DNA of 63,973 bases, counting the filler. It is 7 parts of 7 records of this genome, joined end to end, with 100 filler letters (N's around TTAATTAATTAA, not from the genome) between each part and the next. Parts side by side here need not be neighbours in the genome. Positions count along the whole stretch, not along the records: positions 11,771 to 29,854 come from DRR723986_11294; positions 29,955 to 36,301 come from DRR723986_11298; 5 more parts are not named here. One strand, written 5' to 3'. Below, one piece after another: positions 20,214-30,250 of this stretch (position 1 is the stretch's first letter; every line of letters begins with the position of its first letter). The notes below the pieces were generated by a model, which saw nothing but the letters and a program-made list of their open reading frames with translations, ran no database searches and was not told where the DNA came from. The translations under genes and the position numbers were made by a program.

Positions 20214-20244
20214 AAAAAAACGCGCGCCGGTCCGCCGGCGCGCG
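20214..20244. terminator. GC-rich hairpin after ctpA
   Basis: CGCGCGCCGG-TCCG-CCGGCGCGCG preceded by A7, so the U-tract is on the minus strand. Confidence 0.55.
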
Positions 20245-20329
20245 ACTTGTCGTTCTCGTTCTGCGTATATCAAAAACAAACTTTCCGGTTCGGGGACATC
20301 CTGAAACCGGGCAATAGGCTCAGGACGAT

Positions 20330-21475
20330 ATGTCGAGCGAAGATCTCACAGCTCCTTTAGGCATGGGCAAGCGGCGGCTGGTCAGGCTGCCGTTCGGTCT
20401 TATCGGGGTCGGAATTCTGAGCGTGATCCTCACTTCTACGCTCGTCTGGATCACTGTCGTCGACGACCCGCTTGGCGGAGAACCCGTTGCCGTTCTGCCG
20501 CTCGACGCCATTGTCGAAGGCGTGACCTCCCAGGACATCGAAGTGGTCGAGATCCGCCCGGGCATCAACGGTGACCTGGGCCCGAACCTGCGTCCGGAAA
20601 GCAGCAAGGATCTGCTTGGCCCGCGCTACGACATGGTCATGCGACCGGACGGACTGGGCCCGGAAGCTCCGGTGACCGGCCTGTCGATCAATCCGGACAG
20701 CCGTGTCAGTGAACGGTCCGATTTCGGGTTCCTGCCGAAGGTCAGCGATGCCGGGATCCGGCCGCTGGATGCCTATTCCCGGCCCATCGTTCGCGAGTTC
20801 ACCTCGATCCCGAAAATTGCCGTCATCGTGACCGGGCTCGGCCTGAGTGAAACCGGTACCCAGAACGCCATTACCCGGTTGCCGGCCGATACGACCTTTG
20901 CGCTTGCCCCTTATGGTGAAGACCTGGACCTGTGGATGCAGCAGGCCCGGACCAAGGGCCATGAACTGCTGCTGCAATTGCCGCTGGAGCCGTTCGATTT
21001 TCCCGACAATGACCCGGGCCCGCACACGCTGCTGGTCAGCCTGCGCCCCAATGAAATGATGGATCGGCTTGGGTTCCTGCTCACGCGGGCGACCAACTAT
21101 GTGGGCGTCATTCCTGAAATGGGCGCGCGTTTCACGGCGACGAAACCCTCCATGGAGTTCCTTCTGGAAAAACTGAAGGCGCGTGGCCTGATGTTCGCCG
21201 ACAACGGCACATCTTCCCGGTCCATTGCCGATGATGTCTCCAAGGAAATGCGCGTTCCCTTCAGTGGGGTGGACGTGGTGCTGGACGAAGTACCGCGTGA
21301 AGACGACATTAACGCCAAGCTGCTGCAGCTGGAAAGCGTCGCCCGTGCCCGCGGTGTCGCGGTGGCGACCGCATCCGCATTGCCTGTGACCGTGCGCCAG
21401 CTGGAAAAGTGGGTGCAGGATCTTGAGGAGCGCGGTCTGCAGCTGGTCCCCGTCAGCGCGACCATCGATCGATAA
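20330..21475 (+). CDS. divergent polysaccharide deacetylase family (YibQ-like)
   Basis: N-terminal TM; TFALAPY, GHELLLQLPLEP and GLQLVPVS; typical position after ctpA. Confidence 0.85.
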   Translation: MSSEDLTAPLGMGKRRLVRLPFGLIGVGILSVILTSTLVWITVVDDPLGGEPVAVLPLDAIVEGVTSQDIEVVEIRPGINGDLGPNLRPESSKDLLGPRYDMVMRPDGLGPEAPVTGLSINPDSRVSERSDFGFLPKVSDAGIRPLDAYSRPIVREFTSIPKIAVIVTGLGLSETGTQNAITRLPADTTFALAPYGEDLDLWMQQARTKGHELLLQLPLEPFDFPDNDPGPHTLLVSLRPNEMMDRLGFLLTRATNYVGVIPEMGARFTATKPSMEFLLEKLKARGLMFADNGTSSRSIADDVSKEMRVPFSGVDVVLDEVPREDDINAKLLQLESVARARGVAVATASALPVTVRQLEKWVQDLEERGLQLVPVSATIDR

Positions 21476-21505
21476 TTCTGAGAAATTGAGCACCAAGAGG
21501 TATTC

Positions 21506-22036
21506 GTGACGAAGCTGGCACTCGGACCGGGATTTCCGGAACCTGTCGACGGTCTTCCCTATCGGCCCTGCGTCGGTATCATGCTGATCAACAAGGCAGG
21601 CAAGGTCTGGATCGGCAGCCGCGATGATGGAGGCAGTTCCTCCAACTACGAATATTGCTGGCAGATGCCGCAAGGCGGCATAGACAAGGGCGAAGCACCC
21701 GAGCCGGCTGCCCGGCGCGAACTTTACGAGGAAACCTCGATCAAGTCCGTTTCCCTTCTGGAAGAAGCCCCGGAGTGGTTCGCCTACGACTATCCAGAAG
21801 ACGTTGTCCGCGCATCGCGCAAGGGCAAGTATCGCGGTCAGGCTCAGCGCTGGATCGCCTACCGCTTCGACGGATCGGAAGACGAAATTAATATCCTCAC
21901 GCCACCGGACGGCCACACCGCGGAATTCAGCGAGTGGCGCTGGGAAGATGCCGACCGGCTGCCCGGTTTGATCGTGCCGTTCAAGCGCCCGGTCTATGAG
22001 CGTGTGGTTGCCGCGTTTTCACATCTGACCTCGTAA
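21506..22036 (+). CDS. rppH: RNA pyrophosphohydrolase
   Basis: [18 protein letters not shown]...ARRELYEET Nudix box, GQAQRW and IVPFKR. Confidence 0.93.
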   Translation: MTKLALGPGFPEPVDGLPYRPCVGIMLINKAGKVWIGSRDDGGSSSNYEYCWQMPQGGIDKGEAPEPAARRELYEETSIKSVSLLEEAPEWFAYDYPEDVVRASRKGKYRGQAQRWIAYRFDGSEDEINILTPPDGHTAEFSEWRWEDADRLPGLIVPFKRPVYERVVAAFSHLTS

Positions 22037-22309
22037 AACGAAGCTCATCCGACACGGGCTGAAAAGCCCCCTGGAACCTGCTGGGTTTGCGGTGCTTTTT
22101 GTCCGTGAGGTGCTCCAAAGCGTCAGCATTGGAGTCCCGCCTGTCGTTTTTCAAACAGACAGGCTGACTCGGCGCGGCTAACATCCGGACCAAAATGCGG
22201 GGTAGGTCCCGGGTTCGCCGGTTCGAACCGTCAGCCGCCCCCGCGAAGATCGAGAGAGGAGCGCGGACGCGAAATCCAGATGCGCTCCAGCAATACGGGA
22301 GGTACGCCA

Positions 22310-23986
22310 ATGTCTTTCGGCAAGGGGCTTTCACGCAAGCCGTCCCAGCCAAAAGGGCGTCAGTTGGAAGATGCGGCCCTGGACGAAGTCCGGAATTTGC
22401 TGGGTGATGAGCCGCGCCGGCGCGACCTGCTCATTGAACATCTGCACAAGATCCAGGACGCATTTGGCTGCCTTGAGGCTCGGCACCTGCGCGCATTGGC
22501 CGACGAGATGCGCCTGTCGCAGGCAGAGGTCTATGAGGTCGCGAGCTTTTACCACCATTTCGACATCGTACGGGAAGGGGATGCAAAGCCTGCACCTCTG
22601 ACCATTCGTGTTTGCGACAGCGTTGCCTGCGCGCTCAAGGGGGCGGACGCTCTGGCTGCTGCGCTTGAAGCCGGGGTTGATCCGGCAAAAGTCCGCATCC
22701 AGAAAGTTCCGTGCATCGGTCGCTGTGCTGGTGCCCCGGCCGTGCAGGTCGGCAAGCGGGCCATCGACAACGCAAGCGAAGTGTCCGTGCGCGCTGCCTT
22801 GTTCGAAGGAACTTCCGATCCGGTGGTTCCCGATTACATCAAGCTGGATGCCTACCGCGAAGCTGGTGGTTACAAGTTGCTGGAGCGCGTGCGCGCGGGT
22901 GAACTGGATGCAGCGGCAATTGCGGACAAGGCGCTGGAGGCAGGCCTTCGCGGCCTGGGCGGTGCAGGCTTCCCGACCGGCACGAAATGGAAGATCGTCC
23001 ACGACCTGCCGGCCCCGAAATACCTCACCATCAATGGCGATGAAGGCGAACCAGGCACGTTCAAGGACCGCGTTCACCTGGAACGCGACCCGCACCGGAT
23101 GCTCGAGGGCGCGCTGATTGCCGCCCATGCGATTTCCGCCGCGCGCATCTATCTCTATATGCGCGATGAATACCCGGCGGTACTCCGGATCCTGAAGACC
23201 GAAATCGAGGCCCTGCGCGAAGCGGGCATCATCACGACCATCGACATTGAACTGCGCCGCGGGGCGGGAGCCTATATCTGCGGCGAGGAAAGCGCGATGA
23301 TCGAATCGATCGAAGGCAAGCGCGGCCTGCCGCGCCACCGCCCACCGTACATTGCCCAGGTCGGCCTGTTCGGTCGGCCGACGCTCAATCACAACATAGA
23401 AACCCTGTTCTGGATCAGGGATATCGTCGAGAAGGGTTCGGAATGGTTCGCCAGCCACGGCCGCCGTGGTCACAAGGGCTACCGCTCCTTCTCGGTTTCC
23501 GGCCGTGTCAGGGACCCAGGCGTCAAGATGGCCCCGGCGGGGATCACCATGAACGAGCTTCTGGCAGAATATTGCGGAGGCATGGAAGAGGGGCACGTCT
23601 TCAAGGGCTACCTGCCCGGTGGTGCCTCCGGGGGCATCCTGCCCGCATCTCTTGCCGACGAGCCGCTGGATTTCGGTACGCTCGACAAATACGGCTGTTT
23701 CATCGGCAGCCACGCCATCGTCGTTTTCTCCGATCAGGATGACATGCGCGATGTGGCATTGAACCTGATGCGCTTCTTCAAGCACGAGAGTTGCGGTCAG
23801 TGCACGCCCTGCCGCTCCGGAACGGAGAAGATGGAACATCTGCTGGCAGCAGGCGATTGGGACAAGACGAAGATCACGGATCTCGATGAAGTCATGCGAT
23901 CGGCATCCATTTGCGGTCTTGGGCAGGCAGCCAGCAATCCGGTCACGTCGGTGCTGAAATTTTTCCCGGAGGAGTTCGAGAAATGA
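22310..23986 (+). CDS. NAD-dependent formate dehydrogenase beta subunit (fused NuoE-like plus NuoF-like)
   Basis: N-terminal 2Fe-2S (CDSVAC...CIGRC), GLRGLGGAGFPTG, NGDEGEPGTFKD, GAYICGEE and ESCGQCTPCR...SICGLG; GGGAGG RBS. Confidence 0.92.
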   Translation: MSFGKGLSRKPSQPKGRQLEDAALDEVRNLLGDEPRRRDLLIEHLHKIQDAFGCLEARHLRALADEMRLSQAEVYEVASFYHHFDIVREGDAKPAPLTIRVCDSVACALKGADALAAALEAGVDPAKVRIQKVPCIGRCAGAPAVQVGKRAIDNASEVSVRAALFEGTSDPVVPDYIKLDAYREAGGYKLLERVRAGELDAAAIADKALEAGLRGLGGAGFPTGTKWKIVHDLPAPKYLTINGDEGEPGTFKDRVHLERDPHRMLEGALIAAHAISAARIYLYMRDEYPAVLRILKTEIEALREAGIITTIDIELRRGAGAYICGEESAMIESIEGKRGLPRHRPPYIAQVGLFGRPTLNHNIETLFWIRDIVEKGSEWFASHGRRGHKGYRSFSVSGRVRDPGVKMAPAGITMNELLAEYCGGMEEGHVFKGYLPGGASGGILPASLADEPLDFGTLDKYGCFIGSHAIVVFSDQDDMRDVALNLMRFFKHESCGQCTPCRSGTEKMEHLLAAGDWDKTKITDLDEVMRSASICGLGQAASNPVTSVLKFFPEEFEK

Positions 23987-26751
23987 GCCAGGTCACTTTC
24001 TCCCTCGACGGTCGGATGGTCACCGCGGAAGACGGCGAAACCATCTGGCAAGTTGCCAAGCGCGAAGGCGTCGCCATTCCGCATCTCTGCCACAAGGACG
24101 CACCGGGTTATCGCTCCGACGGCAATTGCCGTGCCTGTATGGTCGATATCGAGGGCGAGCGCGTGCTTGCCGCTTCCTGTATTCGCACCCCAGCCGAAGG
24201 CATGGTGGTGAAGACCGCCAGCGAACGTGCGTCCAAGGCTCGCGAGATGGTGTTCGAACTTCTGGCAGCCGACCAGCCCTCGCGCGACCACCACCCAGAC
24301 CCGGAAAGTGATTTCTGGAAATGGTCCGACCGTGTCGGTGTCTCCACCAGCCGCTTTGGCCCATGCGCCAAACCGGCCCAGGACATTTCCCATCCGGCCA
24401 TCGCGGTCAATCTGGACGCCTGCATCGCGTGTAATCTGTGCGAGCGAGCCTGCCGGGAAGTGCAGGTCAACGACGTTATCGGCATGGCGGATCGCGGTTC
24501 GCACACGGTGCCGGTGTTCGATCTGGCAGACCCGATGGGTCTTTCCACATGCGTTGCCTGCGGCGAATGCGTGTCGGCCTGTCCGACCGGGGCCCTGATG
24601 GAAAAGAGCCTTCTGGATGCCAGCGCCAGCAAGCGCGAGATCTTTGCCGAAGAAACCGTCGACAGCGTCTGTCCTTTCTGTGGTGTGGGCTGCCTGACGT
24701 CTGTCTCGGTGAAGGACGGCAAGATCGTCAGCGTCGAGGGCCGCGACGGCCCGGCCAACGAGAACCGCCTCTGCGTCAAGGGCCGCTTCGGCTTCGATTA
24801 TGTTTCCAGCCCCGAGCGCCTGACCAAGCCGCTGATCCGCCGAGACGATGCGCCCAAGCGTGGCGACATTGCCATGACGCTGGAAAACCATCTCGACTAT
24901 TTCCGTGAGGCAACATGGGACGAAGCGCTCGAGCGAGCCGTTGGTGGTCTTAAAGCGGTTTATGACGCCAAGGGCGGCCGTGGTATTGCGGGCTTCGGCT
25001 CGGCCAAGGGCTCCAACGAAGAGGCTTATCTCTTCCAGAAGCTGATCCGCCAGGGTTTCCAGACCAACAATGTCGACCACTGCACGCGTCTCTGCCACGC
25101 TTCTTCCGTGGCTGCGCTCATGGAGGGCATCGGTTCGGGTGCAGTGACAGCCCCGTTCAATGCAGCCGGCGATGCAGACTGCATGATCGTGATCGGCGCT
25201 CGTCCGGAGCAGAACCACCCGGTTGCCGCGACCTACATCAAGCAGGCGGCCAAGAACGGCACAAAGCTGATCGTCATGGACCCGCGCGGCCAGGGGCTGA
25301 TGCGCTTTGCCGACTACGGCTTGAAGTTCAAGCCGGGAACCGATGTGGCGATGTTGAACGCGATCCTCAACGTCATCATCACCGAAGGCCTCTACGACAG
25401 CCAGTATATCGCCGCTCACGTCGACGGCTTCGAGGCATTGAAGGAAAAGATTGTCGACTTCACGCCGGAAGCGATGGAGCCGGTCTGCGGCATCGACGCA
25501 CAAACCCTGCGGGAAGTCGCAAGGCTTTACGCCACCAGCGCCAAGTCGATCATCTTCTGGGGCATGGGCGTTTCGCAGCATGTCCACGGCACCGACAACG
25601 TCCGCTGCCTGATTGCCATGGCGCTGACAACCGGCCAGATAGGCCGCCCGGGCACCGGCCTGCATCCCCTGCGCGGTCAGAACAACGTGCAAGGGGCATC
25701 CGACGCCGGGCTCATTCCGATGGTGTTCCCGGACTATCGTTCAGTTGAAAACCCGGATATCCGCGCCGAATTCGAAGACGCCTGGGGCCGCACGCTCGAC
25801 CCCGCGCGCGGTTTGACCGTGGTGGAGATCATGGACGATATCCTGGATGGTGGCATCGAGGCGATGTTCGTTCAGGGTGAAAACCCGGCCATGTCTGATC
25901 CGGACCAGGCCCATGCCCGCAAGGCACTCGCCAGTCTGAAACATCTTGTGGTTCAGGATATCTTCCTGACCGAAACCGCCTGGCATGCGGACGTGATCCT
26001 GCCTGCCTCCGCCCATGCGGAAAAGCTCGGTACGTTCACGAACACCAACCGCCAGGTTCAGATCGGCCGTCCTTGCGTGCCGATGCCCGGTGAAGCACGC
26101 GCCGACTGGCAGATCCTCATCGATATCGCCAACCGCCTGGGCCTGAACTGGACCTATGACGGCGTGCCGGCGATCTATGAGGAAATGCGGTCGCACATGA
26201 ATTCGCTGAGCAACATTTCCTGGGAAAGGCTGGAGCGCGACGGCACGGTCACCTATCCGGCGGATGCCCCGGACAAGCCTGGCAACGAGATCCTGTTCGG
26301 CCAGTCCTTCCCGACGGCAGATGGCCGCGGACGCATCGTGCCGACGGATCTGGTGCCGCCGGATGAACTTCCCGACGATGATTTCCCGTTGGTGCTGACC
26401 ACGGGGCGTATGCTGGAGCATTGGCACACCGGTGCCATGACGCGGCGAGCGGAAGTGCTCAATGCCATCGAACCGGAGCCAGTCGTTTCCATGAACCCGC
26501 GCGATATCGAGCGCTCGGGTCTGGACATCGGCCAGCAGGTGAGGGTGGAAACACGGCGCGGCGCAATCACGTTGACCCTGCGCGCAGACCGGGACGTGTC
26601 GACAGGCATGCTCTTCATCCCGTTCTGCTTCAGCGAAGCCCCGGCCAACTTCCTGACTAACCCGCAGCTGGATCCCTTCGGCAAGATCCCGGAGTTCAAG
26701 TTCTGTGCAGCGCGGATCGGAACGGTCGGACAGCAGCAGGCGGCAGAGTGA
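23983..26751 (+). CDS. fdhF: formate dehydrogenase alpha subunit (Mo/W-bis-PGD, Cys ligand)
   Basis: NuoG-like Fe-S N-terminus, CPFCGVGC, NNVDHCTRLCHASS, LRGQNNVQG and molydop-binding C-terminus; ATGA overlap with beta. Confidence 0.93.
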   Translation: MSQVTFSLDGRMVTAEDGETIWQVAKREGVAIPHLCHKDAPGYRSDGNCRACMVDIEGERVLAASCIRTPAEGMVVKTASERASKAREMVFELLAADQPSRDHHPDPESDFWKWSDRVGVSTSRFGPCAKPAQDISHPAIAVNLDACIACNLCERACREVQVNDVIGMADRGSHTVPVFDLADPMGLSTCVACGECVSACPTGALMEKSLLDASASKREIFAEETVDSVCPFCGVGCLTSVSVKDGKIVSVEGRDGPANENRLCVKGRFGFDYVSSPERLTKPLIRRDDAPKRGDIAMTLENHLDYFREATWDEALERAVGGLKAVYDAKGGRGIAGFGSAKGSNEEAYLFQKLIRQGFQTNNVDHCTRLCHASSVAALMEGIGSGAVTAPFNAAGDADCMIVIGARPEQNHPVAATYIKQAAKNGTKLIVMDPRGQGLMRFADYGLKFKPGTDVAMLNAILNVIITEGLYDSQYIAAHVDGFEALKEKIVDFTPEAMEPVCGIDAQTLREVARLYATSAKSIIFWGMGVSQHVHGTDNVRCLIAMALTTGQIGRPGTGLHPLRGQNNVQGASDAGLIPMVFPDYRSVENPDIRAEFEDAWGRTLDPARGLTVVEIMDDILDGGIEAMFVQGENPAMSDPDQAHARKALASLKHLVVQDIFLTETAWHADVILPASAHAEKLGTFTNTNRQVQIGRPCVPMPGEARADWQILIDIANRLGLNWTYDGVPAIYEEMRSHMNSLSNISWERLERDGTVTYPADAPDKPGNEILFGQSFPTADGRGRIVPTDLVPPDELPDDDFPLVLTTGRMLEHWHTGAMTRRAEVLNAIEPEPVVSMNPRDIERSGLDIGQQVRVETRRGAITLTLRADRDVSTGMLFIPFCFSEAPANFLTNPQLDPFGKIPEFKFCAARIGTVGQQQAAE

Positions 26752-26798
26752 CGCCGGGTCTCGCCAGAACTCAAAGAACGAGCTAACTGCCTGAAGGC

Positions 26799-26827
26799 AA
26801 AAAAGGGCGGCCACTGGCCGCCCTTTT
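26799..26827. terminator. bidirectional intrinsic terminator
   Basis: AAAAAAGGGCGGCC-ACT-GGCCGCCCTTTT between convergent genes. Confidence 0.85.
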
Positions 26828-26855
26828 GGTATTCGCATTCACGTGGTCAGAGCAA

Positions 26856-29024
26856 TCAATTGGCAACAATCTTGACTGCAAGCAGATCCGGCAGGGTTTG
26901 CGGTGCTGCCATCGAACCCAGGATCTGCGCCAGCGGAACCGGGTTCGGCGGCGTCAGGGTGACCTTCAGTTCCCCCGGATTGTCGAGGAACTTGGACGCT
27001 GCTTCAGTAACCATCTGCGTGAAAGCCGCATTCTGGATCGGCGCGGTCATTTGCGTCGCCTGTGCCACCAGGGCTTCCCGGAAGACATTTTCGGGGATGT
27101 TCTGAGCCTCGGCAATGTGGGCCAGACCCTTCTTGGTGAGGCCGGCATCCTTGAAGGTCAGGGATGCGTCGACGAACTGGGCAACCACAAGGGCCATTTG
27201 TCCCTGGTTCTCGGGATCCTCAAACAGGGACTTCGGTACGTTTGCAAGACGTGCGGACAATTCGGCGCGGCCGAGCCCTTCGACATCCACCATCATGCGC
27301 TCCAGGCGCAGTTCCAGCGTTGCCTCGTCCCAATAGAGCCGGGTCTCGTCGGACCAGACGACCGTTTCCAGACCGAGAGCTTCCAGCAATGCCTGGGCTT
27401 CCGGGTCATCGATGGCCGCGACAGGCACTTTCAGCCCTTCGGTCCTGGCGTGAAAGCTGGTCGGGATTGGCGGCACCGTGGTGGACAGCGTCATCTCGGC
27501 TCTGCCGATTTCGGTCCGACCGAGGTCGGGCACGGCAACGTCCAGTCCTTCCAGTTCATAACCGAAAGAGCGCGGCATGAACGCGCGGGCCACCTCCATC
27601 GGATGATCCTCGCCGAAGCTTGGGTCCGCCATCAATGTGCTGATCATGGCACGCATGGGCGTATATTCGGCGAATTCGATATCGCCGATCGCTGCCCAGT
27701 CGATCTTGACCGATGCACCTTCCGGCAGGTCCGGGGCATCGAGACCGACCATCATCATTTCGCCGATACCGTCGGAGTTGATCTCCGACATGGACATTTC
27801 CTTGATGGCGATTTCCATCGGCTTTTCTGGGCCAGGCGTCGGTACGGTCACGTTGATACCGCTGATGCGGGCATCGGTGACGCCGAACGACCGGTAGAAC
27901 TGGAATACGCCGGTGATCAGTTCTTCAGGGGCTGGAACCTGCTTGGCAAACAGACTGTCGAACAGGGCAAGGATGTTGTTGTCACGCTTCAGAACGGTGA
28001 CTTCTGAAATCGAGGTCTTGTCAACGGCAATTTCAATCGCAAGCCCGTCGGCGATGTCCTGTTTGGACTTGTAGTCGATCGCCGAAGCCGAGCCGAGCAT
28101 GACCACTTCATCGCCGGTTTCGGGAACATCGGGGTCGAACAGATCGAAGAACGCGGCCGCGTCCATGTCCGTGTAAACGGTCTTGCCCTGGCTGGTGGTC
28201 TGGTTCAGCATCTGGCCCGAGGTCGTGTCCAGGGTCTGCATCGACTGGCTCATGCTGTCGATCGTGTATTCCCCGATACGGCCATCCACAGCGTCGGCCA
28301 TGCGGTAGCCGGCAATCTGCATGGTGCCTGACAGAACAAGAGTGTCCTTGCCGTCTTCGATCTCATGCGCCTCGATGGTCATCGCCGTGTTGTCGGCCTT
28401 GACTTCGTCGTAGGAAGTCAGGAGGGCGGCTTTCACGAAGGGCAGCCAGCGGCTGACCTGGTGGGCCTCGTCTTCTGCCGGCACTTCCGGCATGGTGAAG
28501 CTGTAGTTGGTCGCGGAAACTCCGCTCAACCGACCGTCGATCTTCAACCGGCCCTTGCCATCGGCGCTGGCGGAAAGAACCATTTCTGAATCGTCGGAAT
28601 AGACCCAGCTTGCGGCGTCAAAGTCGCCGTCTTCATGGCTGAGACCTGTAATGGTGACCGTGCCGCTGCTGAATGAAAGCGAATAGGTCAGGTCGGTCAG
28701 CTTTTCCGGTTCGATATCCGTGGCGCCGTCATTGCCCGTGACATCCGTTTCCTCGGCCGGAATATCCTCGATGGTTCCGCTCAAGGAGATCGTGCTGTCG
28801 GTGAGGGTCAGAGTATCGGTACCTTCGTCATAAGCGACGCTACCGTTTTCGACCTCGACACCCAGGCTCTTCAAACCTTCTACATAAGCTTCATAGGCGG
28901 TCTCGCCGGTGTCCTGCGCAAGGGCGGAGCCGGAAACCAGCGCAAGCGCGGTGCCGAGCATGAGGAGCCGGACGCGGGCCCTGGCTGGTTTGGATGAGAA
29001 AACGGAGGCGGGCTGAAAATTCAA
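26856..29024 (-). CDS. large acidic exported hypothetical protein
   Basis: 722-aa ORF with host-like codon bias; signal peptide ending SALA-QD; D/E/T-rich with beta-strand pattern. Confidence 0.8.
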   Translation of the reverse strand: MNFQPASVFSSKPARARVRLLMLGTALALVSGSALAQDTGETAYEAYVEGLKSLGVEVENGSVAYDEGTDTLTLTDSTISLSGTIEDIPAEETDVTGNDGATDIEPEKLTDLTYSLSFSSGTVTITGLSHEDGDFDAASWVYSDDSEMVLSASADGKGRLKIDGRLSGVSATNYSFTMPEVPAEDEAHQVSRWLPFVKAALLTSYDEVKADNTAMTIEAHEIEDGKDTLVLSGTMQIAGYRMADAVDGRIGEYTIDSMSQSMQTLDTTSGQMLNQTTSQGKTVYTDMDAAAFFDLFDPDVPETGDEVVMLGSASAIDYKSKQDIADGLAIEIAVDKTSISEVTVLKRDNNILALFDSLFAKQVPAPEELITGVFQFYRSFGVTDARISGINVTVPTPGPEKPMEIAIKEMSMSEINSDGIGEMMMVGLDAPDLPEGASVKIDWAAIGDIEFAEYTPMRAMISTLMADPSFGEDHPMEVARAFMPRSFGYELEGLDVAVPDLGRTEIGRAEMTLSTTVPPIPTSFHARTEGLKVPVAAIDDPEAQALLEALGLETVVWSDETRLYWDEATLELRLERMMVDVEGLGRAELSARLANVPKSLFEDPENQGQMALVVAQFVDASLTFKDAGLTKKGLAHIAEAQNIPENVFREALVAQATQMTAPIQNAAFTQMVTEAASKFLDNPGELKVTLTPPNPVPLAQILGSMAAPQTLPDLLAVKIVAN

Positions 29025-29172
29025 TGTCGTGGCTCCAATAAAATGATCGGAATCGAGCGGTTTGAACGAGATCGGTCCCGATAGGGTTGGACGTCCAAGT
29101 CCTCATCAAGACCTAGGCCATTCCATGACTATGTACCAATCACATGACAAGGTCGAATCGGGAAAAGCCGGA

Positions 29173-29854
29173 TCAGGATTGCGCGAGGAGCCATTCAGAA
29201 CGCACTGTCTCGTCGGTTTCGACGCGCAACGCCGCGGTTTTGCGGGCCTGAAAATCTTCCTGTGCAGAAAGTTGGCCGAGTGCCCAGACGGCGGTGCCGC
29301 GAACAAGGGCGTCTGCATCGTCCAGCAGCGCTTCGATCTTGCCGAGCAGTTCAATTTCTCCGGAATTGCCGGCGGCAATCAAAACGTTGCGCAGAAACTT
29401 TCCCCGTCCGATCCGTTTCACCGGTGATCCGGAAAAGAGCTGGCGGAAAGCTGCGTCGTCCAGCGACAGGAGGTCTGCAAGCTTCGGGGTAATCATCTCC
29501 GCCCGGGCAATCAACTTGGCCTCCCTGGCAGCTTCGGCAAACTTGTTCCAGGGACAGGCTGCCAGGCAATCGTCACAGCCGTAAATTCGGTTGCCGATGG
29601 CTTTGCGAAACGCTTCCGGAATGGGGCCGGGGTGTTCGATGGTGAGGTAGGAAATGCAGCGCCTCGCATCGAGCTGATAAGGCGCGGGAAATGCGTTCGT
29701 CGGGCAACTGTCGAGGCAGGCGCGGCAGGAGCCGCAATGATCGCGTTCTGCTCCACTCGGCGGCAGATCCAGTGTGGTGAAGATCGAGCCGAGGAAAAAC
29801 CAGGACCCGAGATCACGTGACACGAGGTTCGTGTGCTTGCCCTGCCAGCCAAGC
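29173..29854 (-). CDS. queG: tRNA epoxyqueuosine(34) reductase (5' truncated)
   Basis: [38 protein letters not shown] and [13 protein letters not shown]. Confidence 0.95.
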
Positions 29855-29954
29855 NNNNNNNNNNNNNNNNNNNNNNNNNNNNNNNNNNNNNNNNNNNNTT
29901 AATTAATTAANNNNNNNNNNNNNNNNNNNNNNNNNNNNNNNNNNNNNNNNNNNN
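29855..29954. other. artificial contig linker
   Basis: N44-TTAATTAATTAA-N44. Confidence 0.99.
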
Positions 29955-30250
29955 CGCTCACAGCACTTAGGGCTGTGAGCTGTTGCTAGTATTTTGACCG
30001 TAAGCAACTCATTCTTAGATTGCGAGAGTTCATGCGGCTTGCCTCTGCTCGATTTAAGAGAGAACTCCCCCCACCAAGTCAGCCGTCCAATCAATCCAAA
30101 CGTTTGAGGCTTTTAGCCTTTGCACATTCTTGCGTTTACAAGCGAGGAATGCAGCTCATGCCTGCGATTAAAACTCTCAATTCCACTGCCGGTCCAACGG
30201 GCGGCACGCGTGTTGCCCCTGCGCCTGCCAACAAATCAATCTCAAATCTT

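Noticed and set aside
25060-25110. Selenocysteine in FDH alpha
   Set aside because: Active-site codon is TGC (Cys); no in-frame TGA
19044-28007. Long antisense ORFs (e.g. 20357-21916, 22331-23839, 23797-25692)
   Set aside because: Shadow frames of GC-rich genes with strong codon bias; no motifs
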